Source of the DNA: an uncultured Gammaproteobacteria bacterium
GTDB lineage: Bacteria > Patescibacteriota > Microgenomatia > UBA12405 > JAHJSD01
Assembly: GCA_964498425.1 (NCBI GenBank)
Contig: CAZCGQ010000002.1
Coordinates: 34,193-98,192 of the forward strand
Length of the DNA: 64,000 nucleotides
Direction of reading: 5' to 3'
In this document: positions 47,474 through 58,338 of the stretch, in pieces
Layout: each line of letters begins with the position of its first letter
Numbering within the stretch: the first letter of the stretch is position 1
Translations under genes and position numbers: made by a program
The notes under the pieces: model-generated
Told to the model about the DNA's origin: nothing
Seen by the model: only the letters and a program-made list of their open reading frames with translations
The model's database searches: none

Positions 47474-50400
47474 ATGTCAAAAAAATCTGATTTTGTTCAT
47501 TTGCATAACCATACAGAATATTCACTTTTGGACGGATTGAGTCAAATTGACCCAATGCTGGATAAGGCCAAAGAATTGAGAATGGATACAATTGCGATTA
47601 CTGACCATGGAGTAATGTATGGGGTAATTGATTTTTATAATTCTTGTTTGGAAAAAGGGGTTAAACCAATTGTTGGCTGTGAAATTTATATGGCTCAACG
47701 GTCACGATTAGACAAACAACCCAAGGTTGATGCTGATCAATATCATTTGGTTCTTCTGGCAAAGGATTATCAGGGTTATCAAAATTTAATGAAGATCGTT
47801 TCTAAAGCACATTTGGAAGGATTTTATTATAAACCCCGGGCGGATATGGATTTACTTAGGGAGCATCATCAAGGATTGATTGCTTTGACAGCTTGTATTG
47901 AAGGTGAAGTTCCATCTTTGATTTTGCAGGATAATTATCAGGGAGCAAAAAGAAAGGCTGAGGAACTTTTAGAAATTTTTGGTGAGGATTTTTATTTGGA
48001 GATTCAAGACCATCCCAAGATTAAACTTCAGCAAAAGGCTAATCAGGGATTGGTTAAGTTGTCTAGGGAATTAGGAATCCCGTTAGTAGCTACCAATGAC
48101 AACCATTATATTGCACCGGAGGACGCCGAGGCCCAAGATGCTTTATTGGCAATTCAAATGCAAAAGACGGTTGATGACCCGGATAGATTGTCAATGTTAG
48201 ATTCCCCAGATTTTTATATCCGACCAGAGGAGGAAATGGTTGAGGCTTTTGCTGATTATCCAGAAGCAATAGCTAATACACGAAAAATTGCCGATAAATG
48301 TAATATTGAGATCCCACGGGGGAAGTGGCGGGTGCCGCCGTTTCCAATTCCAGATGAATATGATACTGCCGCTGATTATTTTGACCATTTAATTGAAGAG
48401 GGTTTAGAAAAACGCTATGACAAGATCACCGATAAAATACGCCAGCGAGCTGAGTATGAAAGAAATACAATTGTAACTAAGGGATATGAAACATATTTTT
48501 TGATTGTTCAGGATATTGTTAACTGGGCTAAGTCCAAGGGAATTCGAGTAGGTCCAGGGCGAGGGTCAGTAGCTGGGTCAATTGTTTCTTTTGCTTTGCG
48601 GATTACTAGTGTTGACCCGATGTTTTTTGAACTCCCGTTTGAGCGGTTTATGCATCCTGATCGGCCGTCAACTCCGGATATCGATATTGATTTTGCTGAT
48701 GACCGGCGGGATGAAGTTATTCATTATGTTATGGAAAAGTATGGCTATGATCACGTAGCACACATTATTAGTTTTGGCCGGATGGAGTCCCGGTCGGCAA
48801 TTAGAGATACGGGCCGAGCTTTAGGTATGCCTTATTCTGAACCGGATAAGGTTGCCAAGCTTATTCCCCAGGGAGACTCGATTGATGAAACCTTAGAATC
48901 CAGCCCCGAGCTGAAGAGTATTTATCAACAGCCAGAGTTTAAGAAACTGATTGATTTGGCCAAAAAATTTGAAGGCCAAGCTCGGCATGCTTCGATTCAT
49001 GCCGCTGGGGTAGTTATTGGCGATAAGAAACTGACAAATTATGTTCCTCTGCAGTTAGAACCAAAGACAAAGGAAAAGCGTGTAACCCAGTATGACATGT
49101 ATTCAGTCGATATCGATGCTAATAAAAAAGCTATTGGCTTGCTGAAAATTGACTTTTTAGGTTTGAGAAATTTAACTATTTTGGAAAAGGCAAAAAAGTT
49201 TGTTAAGGAGTCTACTGGAAATGTAATTGATTTTTCTGAACTGCCGCTTGATGATGAAAAAACTTATCAGCTGTTGTCCAGCGGAGATACTATCGGTGTT
49301 TTCCAAATGGAGTCTTCAGGAATGCAAAGATACGTCAAAAAACTGGAACCAAGCTCAATTTTTGATGTCATGGCAATGCTTGCTTTGTACCGACCGGGTC
49401 CGATACAGGTTATTGATGAGTTTATTAATCGAAAGCATCATTCTGACCAGATAGAGTTTATGCATCCAAAGTTAAAATCAATTTTAGATAAATCCTATGG
49501 ATTAATCACTTATCAGGATGATGTTCTTTTGACAGCGGTTAATGTGGCCGGCTATACCTGGATTGAAGCTGATGAGCTTCGGCACGCAATGAGTTCTAAA
49601 AAACATCGGCCGGATATGGAAAAAATTAAACAAAAATTTGTCAACGGATGTGTTAAAAACGGTCTAAAAAGAAAAAAGGCGGAAAAGCTGTATAAGTTGA
49701 TTGAACCTTTTGGGGCATATGGATTTAATAAGAGCCATGCTTCCTGTTATGCGCTGATTGCTTATCAAACGGCATGGATGAAGGCTAATTATCCAGTTCA
49801 ATTTATGGCGGCGTTAATGACGGCAGAAGCTAATAATGAAGATAAGATTGCTTTGGCTATTGAGGAATGCCGAAAAATGGGAGTTAAGATTTTACCGCCT
49901 GATATTAATACTTCTTGTACTGGTTTTACTTTGGAGAAGGATAAAGATTCGGTTGATAATTTAGCGGTTAGGTTTGGATTAACTGCCATCAAGAATGTTG
50001 GCGAGGCGGCGATTGAGGAAATCATTCGTATCCGTGAAGACGGCGGCCGGTTCACTTCATTGACTGATTTTTGTTTAAGGGTGGATTCTAGAAAGGTGAA
50101 TAAAAAGGTTATTGAAAGTTTAATTAAAGCTGGGGCAATGGATGATTTTGGCAATCGGAGCTCAATGTTGGCTTCACTAGAACAGATTAAACGTCGAGCA
50201 GACAAGAAGCAAAGGAATTTGCGTAACGGCCAAGTGGGTTTATTTGGCGGAGGCAAGAAGAATGAAGTTTTGGAGGATAATATGATTGAAATGGAGGAGT
50301 ATTCAAAAGAAGAACTGCTTCGGCTGGAAAAAGAGCTGTTAGGTTTTTACCTAACCGAACATCCGTTGAAAAATAAGCTGGATCGATTAGCGGAAATTAT

Positions 50401-50959
50401 TACCCACAAGAGTCATCAGGTTAAGGAAATGAAGTCGGGTAAGGTTAAAATGGCTGGAATTGTTTCTAATAAAAGAATTGTAACTACCCGCAAATCAGGA
50501 AAAGAAATGGCTTTTGTTGATCTAGAGGACGAAACCGGTAAGGTGGAAATGGTTGTTTTTCCAGGTATTTTTGATGCCAGTAAGCATTTATTAAACGGGG
50601 AACATGTAGTTGTTGTTAAAGCTAAAGTTGATATGCGTGATGATGAACAATCATTAATTGCTGAAAAAATTACTAAGGCCGAGAAGTTTACTGAAAAGAA
50701 ATCAAAAAAGAAGGCTGGTAACCCGCGTAATGATTCTAATTCTAACGATGATGATCAAGATAGCCTTGATTTTCGTTTAGAAATCCCCCAGGGAACAACG
50801 AGAGATGCTTTGGTCAAGCTGAATAACCTGCTTAAAAATAATAATGGCGATCATAATGGTGTTTTGAAATTTCCAAATGGCAGAGATGTCCAGGTGCCGT
50901 TTGGGGTGAATTGGACGGAAAAATTAAAGAAAAAGATTGAGAAACTTTTAGGTATTTGA
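47474..50959 (+). CDS. dnaE: DNA polymerase III alpha subunit
   Basis: PHP domain [15 protein letters not shown], palm/fingers, OB-fold C-terminus. ATG at 47474 preferred over TTG at 47450. Confidence 0.95.
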   Translation: MSKKSDFVHLHNHTEYSLLDGLSQIDPMLDKAKELRMDTIAITDHGVMYGVIDFYNSCLEKGVKPIVGCEIYMAQRSRLDKQPKVDADQYHLVLLAKDYQGYQNLMKIVSKAHLEGFYYKPRADMDLLREHHQGLIALTACIEGEVPSLILQDNYQGAKRKAEELLEIFGEDFYLEIQDHPKIKLQQKANQGLVKLSRELGIPLVATNDNHYIAPEDAEAQDALLAIQMQKTVDDPDRLSMLDSPDFYIRPEEEMVEAFADYPEAIANTRKIADKCNIEIPRGKWRVPPFPIPDEYDTAADYFDHLIEEGLEKRYDKITDKIRQRAEYERNTIVTKGYETYFLIVQDIVNWAKSKGIRVGPGRGSVAGSIVSFALRITSVDPMFFELPFERFMHPDRPSTPDIDIDFADDRRDEVIHYVMEKYGYDHVAHIISFGRMESRSAIRDTGRALGMPYSEPDKVAKLIPQGDSIDETLESSPELKSIYQQPEFKKLIDLAKKFEGQARHASIHAAGVVIGDKKLTNYVPLQLEPKTKEKRVTQYDMYSVDIDANKKAIGLLKIDFLGLRNLTILEKAKKFVKESTGNVIDFSELPLDDEKTYQLLSSGDTIGVFQMESSGMQRYVKKLEPSSIFDVMAMLALYRPGPIQVIDEFINRKHHSDQIEFMHPKLKSILDKSYGLITYQDDVLLTAVNVAGYTWIEADELRHAMSSKKHRPDMEKIKQKFVNGCVKNGLKRKKAEKLYKLIEPFGAYGFNKSHASCYALIAYQTAWMKANYPVQFMAALMTAEANNEDKIALAIEECRKMGVKILPPDINTSCTGFTLEKDKDSVDNLAVRFGLTAIKNVGEAAIEEIIRIREDGGRFTSLTDFCLRVDSRKVNKKVIESLIKAGAMDDFGNRSSMLASLEQIKRRADKKQRNLRNGQVGLFGGGKKNEVLEDNMIEMEEYSKEELLRLEKELLGFYLTEHPLKNKLDRLAEIITHKSHQVKEMKSGKVKMAGIVSNKRIVTTRKSGKEMAFVDLEDETGKVEMVVFPGIFDASKHLLNGEHVVVVKAKVDMRDDEQSLIAEKITKAEKFTEKKSKKKAGNPRNDSNSNDDDQDSLDFRLEIPQGTTRDALVKLNNLLKNNNGDHNGVLKFPNGRDVQVPFGVNWTEKLKKKIEKLLGI

Positions 50960-50972
50960 TAGAATCAACTCC

Positions 50973-51308
50973 ATGGCAATTAAAGCAAAGTGGAACGACA
51001 AGGTTGAATTTCATGTTGGCGATACTGTCCGAATTGATTATAAAATCGTTGAAGAGGGAAAAAAGGACAGGACCCAACCTTATGAGGGAGTAGTCATTAG
51101 TATTCGAGGTAAGGGAGAAAGCCGGTCTTTTACTGTTCGAAAAAAAGCGGTTGACAATATTGGAGTTGAACGTATTTTTCCACTAAATTCTCCCTGGATA
51201 CAAAGTCTTAAGGTCACCAAGGAGCCTAAAGATAAAGTTCGACGAGCTAAACTGAATTTTCTTCGAGAAGAACGCAGTAAAAAGAAAAAGAAGAAAAAGA
51301 AAAAATAA
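50973..51308 (+). CDS. rplS: 50S ribosomal protein L19 with a poly-Lys C-terminal tail
   Basis: [34 protein letters not shown] matches L19; ends ...[12 protein letters not shown]. Confidence 0.85.
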   Translation: MAIKAKWNDKVEFHVGDTVRIDYKIVEEGKKDRTQPYEGVVISIRGKGESRSFTVRKKAVDNIGVERIFPLNSPWIQSLKVTKEPKDKVRRAKLNFLREERSKKKKKKKKK

Positions 51309-51487
51309 TGGCCGACAAAGAAGCACTTACCGCCTGCCTCAAGGACATGGGTATGTCTGAAGAACAAATTGAGATAACGGTTACCACCATCGACCGAGTT
51401 GAGGTGGCTAGGGATGCTTACACGCCAGAAGGAACAAAACGACTCCAGGAAATTAACCGCGAGTTACTCCTCCGAGGTGACGCTTGA
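51308..51487 (+). CDS. Small ORF (59 aa) translationally coupled to rplS (TAATG overlap)
   Basis: [25 protein letters not shown]...; GC content is noticeably higher than the flanks. Not in the supplied ORF track (below 60 aa). Confidence 0.3.
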   Translation: MADKEALTACLKDMGMSEEQIEITVTTIDRVEVARDAYTPEGTKRLQEINRELLLRGDA

Positions 51488-51532
51488 CGGCTCCTCGGAT
51501 GGTGTAACGTAGCGATAATCTAACCTAAATTC

Positions 51533-51567
51533 ATGTTATAGTATCGAAGTAGTTTGCCGCCATAGTC
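51533..51567 (+). repeat. 35-bp direct repeat: upstream copy of the tRNA-Glu 5' flank plus its first 12 nt
   Basis: 32 of 35 nt identical to 51986-52020 (atgttataRtatcgaaRtagtttgccgccatMgtc). Confidence 0.7.
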
Positions 51568-51692
51568 CCCGTACCAAAGAGAAAAGTAAGGAGAGCAAAA
51601 CTCTACTAAACCCGCGTACCCCGCAGTAAAAAGAAAAAGAAATAACTCACGATATTTGTGATTTGTATTATATATGATATCATTCGTTTATA

Positions 51693-51956
51693 ATGCCAAA
51701 CAAAACAACTGAGTTTGATAGATATCTTCAAGAAAAAGGAGGTCTCCCCGAAACAGAAGCTTATGTTGTCAAATCAGGTATTCTTTCAAGAAGGATAATA
51801 ACGCCAAAACAATTACGACCAAAACTTCGTGCTGCTAGAGCAATTGCAACAGTTCGTCTAAAAGGCATGACAGAAACAAGAAAAATATTAAAAAGATGTA
51901 GAAAAGACGGAGGGCTAGATCTAGAAGGTCCTCCAATGAGTGTTACCGACCAGTAA
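51693..51956 (+). CDS. Small basic hypothetical protein (87 aa) lying between the 35-bp repeats
   Basis: Lys/Arg-rich (KQLRPKLRAARAIATVRLKGMTETRKILKRCRK). Confidence 0.35.
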   Translation: MPNKTTEFDRYLQEKGGLPETEAYVVKSGILSRRIITPKQLRPKLRAARAIATVRLKGMTETRKILKRCRKDGGLDLEGPPMSVTDQ

Positions 51957-52008
51957 CTAATATAACTGCAAAAAAATTACTCCAAATGTTATAATATCGA
52001 AATAGTTT

Positions 52009-52081
52009 GCCGCCATCGTCTAGTGGCCGAGGATCTCAGCCTTTCAAGCTGAAGACACGGGTTCGATTCCCGTTGGCGGCA
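52009..52081 (+). tRNA. tRNA-Glu (anticodon TTC)
   Basis: GCCGCCATCGTCTAGTGGCC...CTTTCAAG anticodon loop, TTCGATT T-loop, acceptor TGGCGGC. Confidence 0.8.
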
Positions 52082-52194
52082 CAGGATTTGCTTCACAAGT
52101 TTTTTTAAAGCCACACCAATAACTTAATTTTTGCTTTTTAATAAAGATATTTTTCAGATGTAACCTGCAATTAATGATTTTGCTAGAATAAATT

Positions 52195-52695
52195 ATGAAA
52201 GACTTTTACCAAAGATCATATGCTGTTCACAGGGATTGTCACCAATTAATAAAACAATCATTAGGGAACTATCTTCCGGTTGCTGGCAATATTGGAATAT
52301 TCTGCCAATCTGACCGTGAATGTAAAACCTTTTCAAATTTAAAAAAAGAAATAACTTTTTTATCTGATAACCCCAATCAAAAATACTTTCAACTGAGAGA
52401 ACCGATAGTTATTCCGAATAAAAACAACATTCCGGAAGCAAAATATACTCATCTTTATATTCGAAAACCCGACCCTTCTCAGTTCGGAAAATATTTAGGA
52501 GATATAGATTTTATAATGCAACCAACTGAATATAAAAAACTAAAACAAAAGGTTGTTAAAGGAAAAATAATAAATGCTAGTTTATTTAACCGTCCCAAAT
52601 GGGATATGATCCAAATTACTGATCCGAATATTTCTTCCGTTGCATTTATAACCACAAAGGATTTTGCTGAAAAAATAAGAATTAAACTCGATTAA
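52195..52695 (+). CDS. Hypothetical protein
   Basis: 166-aa ORF, no recognised motifs. Confidence 0.3.
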   Translation: MKDFYQRSYAVHRDCHQLIKQSLGNYLPVAGNIGIFCQSDRECKTFSNLKKEITFLSDNPNQKYFQLREPIVIPNKNNIPEAKYTHLYIRKPDPSQFGKYLGDIDFIMQPTEYKKLKQKVVKGKIINASLFNRPKWDMIQITDPNISSVAFITTKDFAEKIRIKLD

Positions 52696-52730
52696 TTCAT
52701 AATACTTAAAATAGTTGTTAAAATAGAGAC

Positions 52731-53735
52731 ATGAATCAAGTAACATATACCAAAGACTTCTCTAGAATTAGTCAAATAGCTCGAGGCTTATTTAAACATT
52801 TCTATCAAAAAGACTCAAGAATTTATATCAAAGTCCATTTTGGCGAACCAGGTAATAATAAAACATTAAAACCAGCTGATGTTAGACCGATAATAGAAGT
52901 ACTTAAAGATTTTAAACTGAAACCAACTCTGATTGACACCCCGGTAGCATACCCTTCACCCAGGGGAACAGTTAAAGGTTATGAGAAAATAGTCAAAGAA
53001 AAAGGTTGGAATAAATTGGCTCCTTTTATTATTTCCGATAATTATGTAGAGGTTAAAACCAAAAACTTACCCGCCCAAGTATGCAAAGAACTTGTTGAAG
53101 CAGAAAATGTTTTGGTCATTTCTCATGTTAAAGGACACGCCTGTTCAGGATTTGGCGGAGCAATTAAAAACCTTGGGATGGGAGGAGTCAGTAAGAAAAC
53201 CAAGGGATTAGAACATGGGTTATCACAACCTAAATTTGTTAGAGAATGTAAAGGCTGTGGTATATGTGCTGAATTGTGTCCAACAAAAGCCATAAGCATG
53301 AAAAATGGAAAAGCTGTTTTGAACAATAACATTTGTTGGGGTTGTTCAATTTGTCAAATCGAATGTCCTCACGATTGCCTTGCTCCACAAAAAGCAATAT
53401 TTGATGATATGTTAGCTCAAGCAGCCTCAGCAGTTATTAATAATCTTCCCAAAAAAACTTTTTACATTAACCTAATAAAAAATGTCACTAAATACTGTGA
53501 TTGTGAAGTAGAACACGGCGGAATTATCGCTAACGATATAGGGGCATTATTTTCCCAAAATCCAGTTGCAATAGACACAGCTAGTATTGACTTAATTAGA
53601 AAACAAGAAGGTAGGAAAATTTTTAAAGAATTAGAACACAAAGACCCGTTACTTCATGTTAACTTTGCTGCAAAATACACGAATTTGAATAGCAATTACG
53701 AAATATCAAACTTCAATTCAAGCGTGGGCTTGTGA
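52731..53735 (+). CDS. DUF362-family protein with an embedded 2x[4Fe-4S] ferredoxin domain
   Basis: CKGCGICAELCP and CWGCSICQIECPHDC cluster motifs within a DUF362-like scaffold. Confidence 0.55.
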   Translation: MNQVTYTKDFSRISQIARGLFKHFYQKDSRIYIKVHFGEPGNNKTLKPADVRPIIEVLKDFKLKPTLIDTPVAYPSPRGTVKGYEKIVKEKGWNKLAPFIISDNYVEVKTKNLPAQVCKELVEAENVLVISHVKGHACSGFGGAIKNLGMGGVSKKTKGLEHGLSQPKFVRECKGCGICAELCPTKAISMKNGKAVLNNNICWGCSICQIECPHDCLAPQKAIFDDMLAQAASAVINNLPKKTFYINLIKNVTKYCDCEVEHGGIIANDIGALFSQNPVAIDTASIDLIRKQEGRKIFKELEHKDPLLHVNFAAKYTNLNSNYEISNFNSSVGL

Positions 53736-53826
53736 ATGGTACTTATTTCTTCTAAAATAGAGTTATGAAGAGGATGGAACCCACCGAAAACATAGTATTT
53801 AGGCGGGCAAGGAGGGGGGTGAGAAT

Positions 53827-54087
53827 ATGGCTGATTTAAAGGTTGGAACTATTACTCACTTTTTTGGCAAGATTAATGTCGGTGTTTTGGATATTGAAGA
53901 TGAAGCTCTAGAAGTTGGAGACACGATTAAGATTGTCGGAAGGGGAGAGGAATTTGAACAAGAAGTAACTTCTATGCAGGTTGAACACGATAGTATTGAA
54001 AAGGCTGAGCCCGGAGTAAGTGTCGGACTAAAGATTAAAGAAGGTGAGCAGGTTAAAGAGGGTGATGAGGTTTTTAAGGTTGAGTAA
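53827..54087 (+). CDS. Small EF-Tu domain-2-like beta-barrel protein
   Basis: KVGTITHFFGKINVGVLDI...VGDTIKIVG...QVEHDSIEKAEPG pattern. Strong SD GGAGGGGGGTGAG upstream. Confidence 0.4.
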   Translation: MADLKVGTITHFFGKINVGVLDIEDEALEVGDTIKIVGRGEEFEQEVTSMQVEHDSIEKAEPGVSVGLKIKEGEQVKEGDEVFKVE

Positions 54088-54132
54088 ATAGAGATCAGAG
54101 ACTAGAGATTAGGGACCAGGAGAATTAATATT

Positions 54133-54816
54133 ATGGCGATTTACATTTACCACGGTGACGATAGTTTTCAAAGTCGCCGGGAACTTACTAATGCTTTGAA
54201 AGGATATCCCCAAGTTAAACGCTTTGAAGGTAAGGATATATCTTCTGAAGGTATAATCCAGGCTAGTGGCGGGTTATTTAGTCAAGGCAATGTTGCTTTA
54301 GTTTTAGAGAAGTTGTTTTCACTTGGAAAAAATCAATTTAAAGAGGTTAATAAGTATATCGAAAAACTTAGTCCAGATTATGATTTTTTTATCTGGCAGG
54401 GAAAACGGCTTTACCCCAATCAAATTAAAAAGATTGCCGATAAACCGAAGGTTAATGAGTACAAACTGCCGAATACTATTTTTAAGTTATTAGATTCTAT
54501 TGGAAAGAGTAATCATAACCAACTGTTAACCCTTCTTCAGGGTAGTTTTCAAACTCATCCACCGGAGGTTATTTTTTATTTGGTTCAAAAGCGTTTGAGA
54601 AAGATGATTTTGGCCAAAGAAGATTCAGAATATTTAACCGGAGCTGGTTGGCAAAAGAGAAATTTGTATAATCAAGTTAAGGGAATATCTACAGATTTGA
54701 TTGCTGATTGGTACAAGAAAACTGTTATTATTGAATATAAGAATAAAACCGGGCAGCTTGGTCGAGAGTTGGACGCGGAGTTGGTGAATTTAATGGTATT
54801 ATTTAGTAAGCGCTAG
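54133..54816 (+). CDS. holA: DNA polymerase III delta subunit-like (short HolA)
   Basis: N-terminal IYIYHGDDSFQ, typical of HolA, and a helical C-terminal domain. Confidence 0.4.
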   Translation: MAIYIYHGDDSFQSRRELTNALKGYPQVKRFEGKDISSEGIIQASGGLFSQGNVALVLEKLFSLGKNQFKEVNKYIEKLSPDYDFFIWQGKRLYPNQIKKIADKPKVNEYKLPNTIFKLLDSIGKSNHNQLLTLLQGSFQTHPPEVIFYLVQKRLRKMILAKEDSEYLTGAGWQKRNLYNQVKGISTDLIADWYKKTVIIEYKNKTGQLGRELDAELVNLMVLFSKR

Positions 54817-54857
54817 GGGGTTAGTGACTAGTGGCTTGTGGTTTGTGAAATATAAAT

Positions 54858-55640
54858 ATGAAATCGTTAGATAATTTAACTAAAGCGGATTTAGAAAATA
54901 TCAAGTTGTTGTGTTTTGATTGCGATGGAGTAACCATAAAAGAAGGTACGTTCCTTCAGGAAAAACAGGGGGAATTGACAGTTAGAACTTCAAAGTTAAC
55001 CCCGGAGATGACTAAGAAGATTAATCTTTTAAAGAATAATTTCTACATTATGTTTTCCAGCGGTCGTCACCCCTTGTATTTAGCTAGAATGTATGAAGCT
55101 ATTCTTTGGGACAAGGTTATCCTACAAGGTGAGAATGGCTTGCTGACGGTTTTTAACGGACAGGTTAGTCAGTTTGAAAAATACCCAATGGAGTTATTGG
55201 AAACTGCAACAAGGATTAAAGCGGATTTGAGACGCTTGGCAAATAGTAATGATAAGGTTGATGGGTTTGAGCCAAAGCAATTTTTAATTTCCCTTCATTG
55301 TCAAGAGGAGCTAGATGAAGTTAGGGAGATTGTTGATAAGCATGATACTGAAAATGAGTTTTACTGTTTATGGAGCGGTGAGGCTTTTGATGTTGCCCCG
55401 AGAAAGTTTAATAAGGGTAATGGCTTGAAATCAGTCTTAAAAAAGCTTAATCTTAAGATGGAGAATGTTTTGGCGGTTGGAAATGACCCGAATGATAAGG
55501 AAATGGTGGAGTGGGCTGGAATCAGCGTAACTACTGATCCGGAGAGTATTATCGAAGGAGCCGATTTTATCACTGATAAGCGCGGAGTAAGTGGGGGAGA
55601 GGAAATTATAGATAAGATTATTAAAGTGATTAGCGATTAG
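54858..55640 (+). CDS. HAD-IIB (Cof-type) phosphatase
   Basis: Motif I FDCDGV and motif IV VGNDPNDKEM, with an inserted cap domain. Confidence 0.65.
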   Translation: MKSLDNLTKADLENIKLLCFDCDGVTIKEGTFLQEKQGELTVRTSKLTPEMTKKINLLKNNFYIMFSSGRHPLYLARMYEAILWDKVILQGENGLLTVFNGQVSQFEKYPMELLETATRIKADLRRLANSNDKVDGFEPKQFLISLHCQEELDEVREIVDKHDTENEFYCLWSGEAFDVAPRKFNKGNGLKSVLKKLNLKMENVLAVGNDPNDKEMVEWAGISVTTDPESIIEGADFITDKRGVSGGEEIIDKIIKVISD

Positions 55641-56032
55641 TGAAAAATTTTAAAAAATATATAACCAAACCTTATTCGAAAAGGATTGATAAACCTTGGG
55701 GATACGAAATTAAGCTTACGCCAGAGGATTTTGAACATACCGGAAAGATTTTGTTTATTGAAAGCGGAAAGAGGTTTTCTTTTCAATACCATGATCAAAA
55801 AGAAGAGGCTTTATGTTTATTTTCCGGCAAGGCAAAAATTTGGATAGAAAATGATCAAGGAGAGATAGAAAAAAAACCGATGGAGATTAATAAAGGTTAC
55901 GTAATTGCTGTTGGTCAGAAACACCGGATCGAAGCAATCGAGGATAGCTTTATTTTTGAAGTTTCCGGCCCGGAAGCAGGAACTACTTACCGATTAGAAG
56001 ACGATTATCAACGCGATAATGAAGAAAAATAA
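55640..56032 (+). CDS. Cupin-domain protein
   Basis: Two-motif cupin barrel (FQYHDQKEE...; GQKHRIEA). Confidence 0.5.
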   Translation: MKNFKKYITKPYSKRIDKPWGYEIKLTPEDFEHTGKILFIESGKRFSFQYHDQKEEALCLFSGKAKIWIENDQGEIEKKPMEINKGYVIAVGQKHRIEAIEDSFIFEVSGPEAGTTYRLEDDYQRDNEEK

Positions 56033-58319
56033 TTCTGCCAGAAAAGGCAAGGATATTCTTTGGTTTAAGGAAGTAAAGAAGGATGATGTTGAGTTGGTTG
56101 GAGGAAAGGGAGCGAATCTCGGTGAGATGGTTGAAGTATTGGGGGATTTGGTTCCTAACGGATTTATGGTTACGGCTGCCGCTTATTTTAAGTTTATTGA
56201 GTTTAATAATCTGTCAGACAAAATCCGCGATGTCTTGAAAACAACTAATATTGAACGTCAGACAGAATTAACTTCTGCTTCTAAAGAAATTAAACAATTG
56301 ATTACTAACGGCCGATTTCCTGATGAAATGGCTAATAAAATAATGACGGCTTATAATGAACTTGGCGATATGTTTGGTTTAAAACAGTCGCTGGTTGCGA
56401 TTCGATCTTCGGCAACAGCAGAAGATTTGCCTGATGCTAGTTTTGCTGGGCAACAAGAAACTTATTTAAACATTAAGGGAGAAGCTAATGTTATTAATCA
56501 TGTCAGAAAGGCTTTTGCTTCTTTGTTTACCCCGCGAGCAATTTTTTATCGTGAAGAAAAAGGCTTTGATCATTTTAAGGTCGGATTAGCGGCGGTTGTT
56601 CAAAAAATGATTCAGTCGGAAGTATCCGGAGTTATGTTTACTATTGATCCGGTTACTAATGAAAAGGAGAAGATTATTATCGAGGCGGTCTGGGGATTAG
56701 GAGAATACGCTGTGCAGGGGATAGTTACACCAGACCATTACAAGATATTAAAGAAGGAGAATCGGATTATTGAAATGGATGTTAACCCCCAGCGTTACCA
56801 ACTTATTCGACAGCAGGACAAAAATGTTAAAACTAAGGTCCCTAAAGAAAAACAAAATATTCAAAAGTTGAATTCTTCAAGAATTATTGACTTGGCTGAG
56901 ATAGGCGAAAAGATTCATCAGCATTACTTTTTTCCTCAAGATATTGAATGGGCTGCCAGTAAGGATAAGCTTTATATTCTTCAAACTAGACCAGTAACAA
57001 CGACCAATATGAAACAGGACAGTGCTAAAAGTGACGAAAAAATTAATGGGGAATTAGTTTTAAAAGGTGATCCGGCAAGTCCAGGAATGGGAAGCGGAAA
57101 AGTGAAATTGATTAAAAAGGCGGATAATATTGACAAGGTCAAAAAAGGAGATGTCTTGGTAACTAATATGACTGCCCCGGATTTTGTTCCAGCAATGAAG
57201 AGAGCAGCAGCAATTGTAACCAATTTAGGTGGGTTGACTTCTCATGCTGCCATTGTCTCCAGAGAGTTAGGTATACCTTGTGTAGTTGGAACAGAAAAGG
57301 CAACAAAGATTCTTAAAAAAGGGGATGAGGTTGTTGTTAATGGAAAAACAGGGGAGATTTGGCTGGGTACAATCAGTGAAAAGTTAAAAGTGAAAAGTGA
57401 AAAACCTAAGAAGAATAAAAAGAAAAAAATCAAAACGGCTACAAACCTTTATGTTAATTTGGCTGAACCTACTTTAGCCAAAGATATGGCGGAAAGAAAT
57501 GTTGATGGTGTTGGGCTTTTGCGGGCTGAGTTTATGATTGCTGAAATTGGAACCCACCCTCAACGCATGCTTCAGCAAAATCAAGGTAAGGAGTTTACTA
57601 ACAAGCTAGCAGAGGGAATTAAGGAGTTCTGTCAGGCCTTCAACCCCAGACCGGTTGTTTATCGAGCAACTGACTTTAAGAGCAACGAATACCGCCATCT
57701 AAAGGGTGGTAAAGACTTTGAACCAGAAGAGCCAAATCCCTTGCTCGGGTTTAGGGGTGCATTGCGCTATATTAGTACGCCAGAAGTCTTTGAATTGGAG
57801 CTGGAAGCGATTAAACAAGTCCGCAATAAACATGGCTTAAAGAATCTTTGGATGATGGTTCCGTTTGTTAGAACACCTGAAGAATTGTTGGAAGTGAAAA
57901 GAATTGCCGCCGCTCAGGGATTATCGAGAAGCCCAAGCTTTAAATTATGGATGATGGTTGAAATTCCAAGTAATGTTATTTTGCTTGAAGATTTTATTAA
58001 GGTTGGAATTGACGGAGTTTCGATAGGTAGTAACGATTTGACCATGCTAACTTTAGGATTAGATAGAGATAATAATGAAATTGCTTATCAATTTGATGAA
58101 ACTAACCCAGCTGTAATGAAATCAATTGAGAAAACCATTAAAACTTGTAAGAAGAATAATGTCACTTCTTCAATTTGTGGACAGGCACCTAGTCAATATC
58201 CGGATGTTGTTGAAGACTTGGTTAAATGGGGAATTACTAGCATCTCAGTTAACCCAGATGCAATTGAACGCAGCCGGGAAATTATCGCTTCTGCTGAAAA
58301 AAATAAATTAAAAAAGTAA
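56019..58319 (+). CDS. ppsA: Phosphoenolpyruvate synthase / pyruvate,water dikinase
   Basis: N-terminal ATP-grasp nucleotide domain, phospho-His domain GGLTSHAAIVSRELGIPCVVG, C-terminal PEP-utilising TIM barrel. Confidence 0.75.
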   Translation: MKKNNSARKGKDILWFKEVKKDDVELVGGKGANLGEMVEVLGDLVPNGFMVTAAAYFKFIEFNNLSDKIRDVLKTTNIERQTELTSASKEIKQLITNGRFPDEMANKIMTAYNELGDMFGLKQSLVAIRSSATAEDLPDASFAGQQETYLNIKGEANVINHVRKAFASLFTPRAIFYREEKGFDHFKVGLAAVVQKMIQSEVSGVMFTIDPVTNEKEKIIIEAVWGLGEYAVQGIVTPDHYKILKKENRIIEMDVNPQRYQLIRQQDKNVKTKVPKEKQNIQKLNSSRIIDLAEIGEKIHQHYFFPQDIEWAASKDKLYILQTRPVTTTNMKQDSAKSDEKINGELVLKGDPASPGMGSGKVKLIKKADNIDKVKKGDVLVTNMTAPDFVPAMKRAAAIVTNLGGLTSHAAIVSRELGIPCVVGTEKATKILKKGDEVVVNGKTGEIWLGTISEKLKVKSEKPKKNKKKKIKTATNLYVNLAEPTLAKDMAERNVDGVGLLRAEFMIAEIGTHPQRMLQQNQGKEFTNKLAEGIKEFCQAFNPRPVVYRATDFKSNEYRHLKGGKDFEPEEPNPLLGFRGALRYISTPEVFELELEAIKQVRNKHGLKNLWMMVPFVRTPEELLEVKRIAAAQGLSRSPSFKLWMMVEIPSNVILLEDFIKVGIDGVSIGSNDLTMLTLGLDRDNNEIAYQFDETNPAVMKSIEKTIKTCKKNNVTSSICGQAPSQYPDVVEDLVKWGITSISVNPDAIERSREIIASAEKNKLKK

Positions 58320-58338
58320 TAAGTGTGACTAGCGACTA

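Noticed and set aside
51080-51367. 95-aa minus-strand ORF (FFFFFFFF...)
   Set aside because: It is the antisense translation of the rplS poly-Lys A-run; an artefact.
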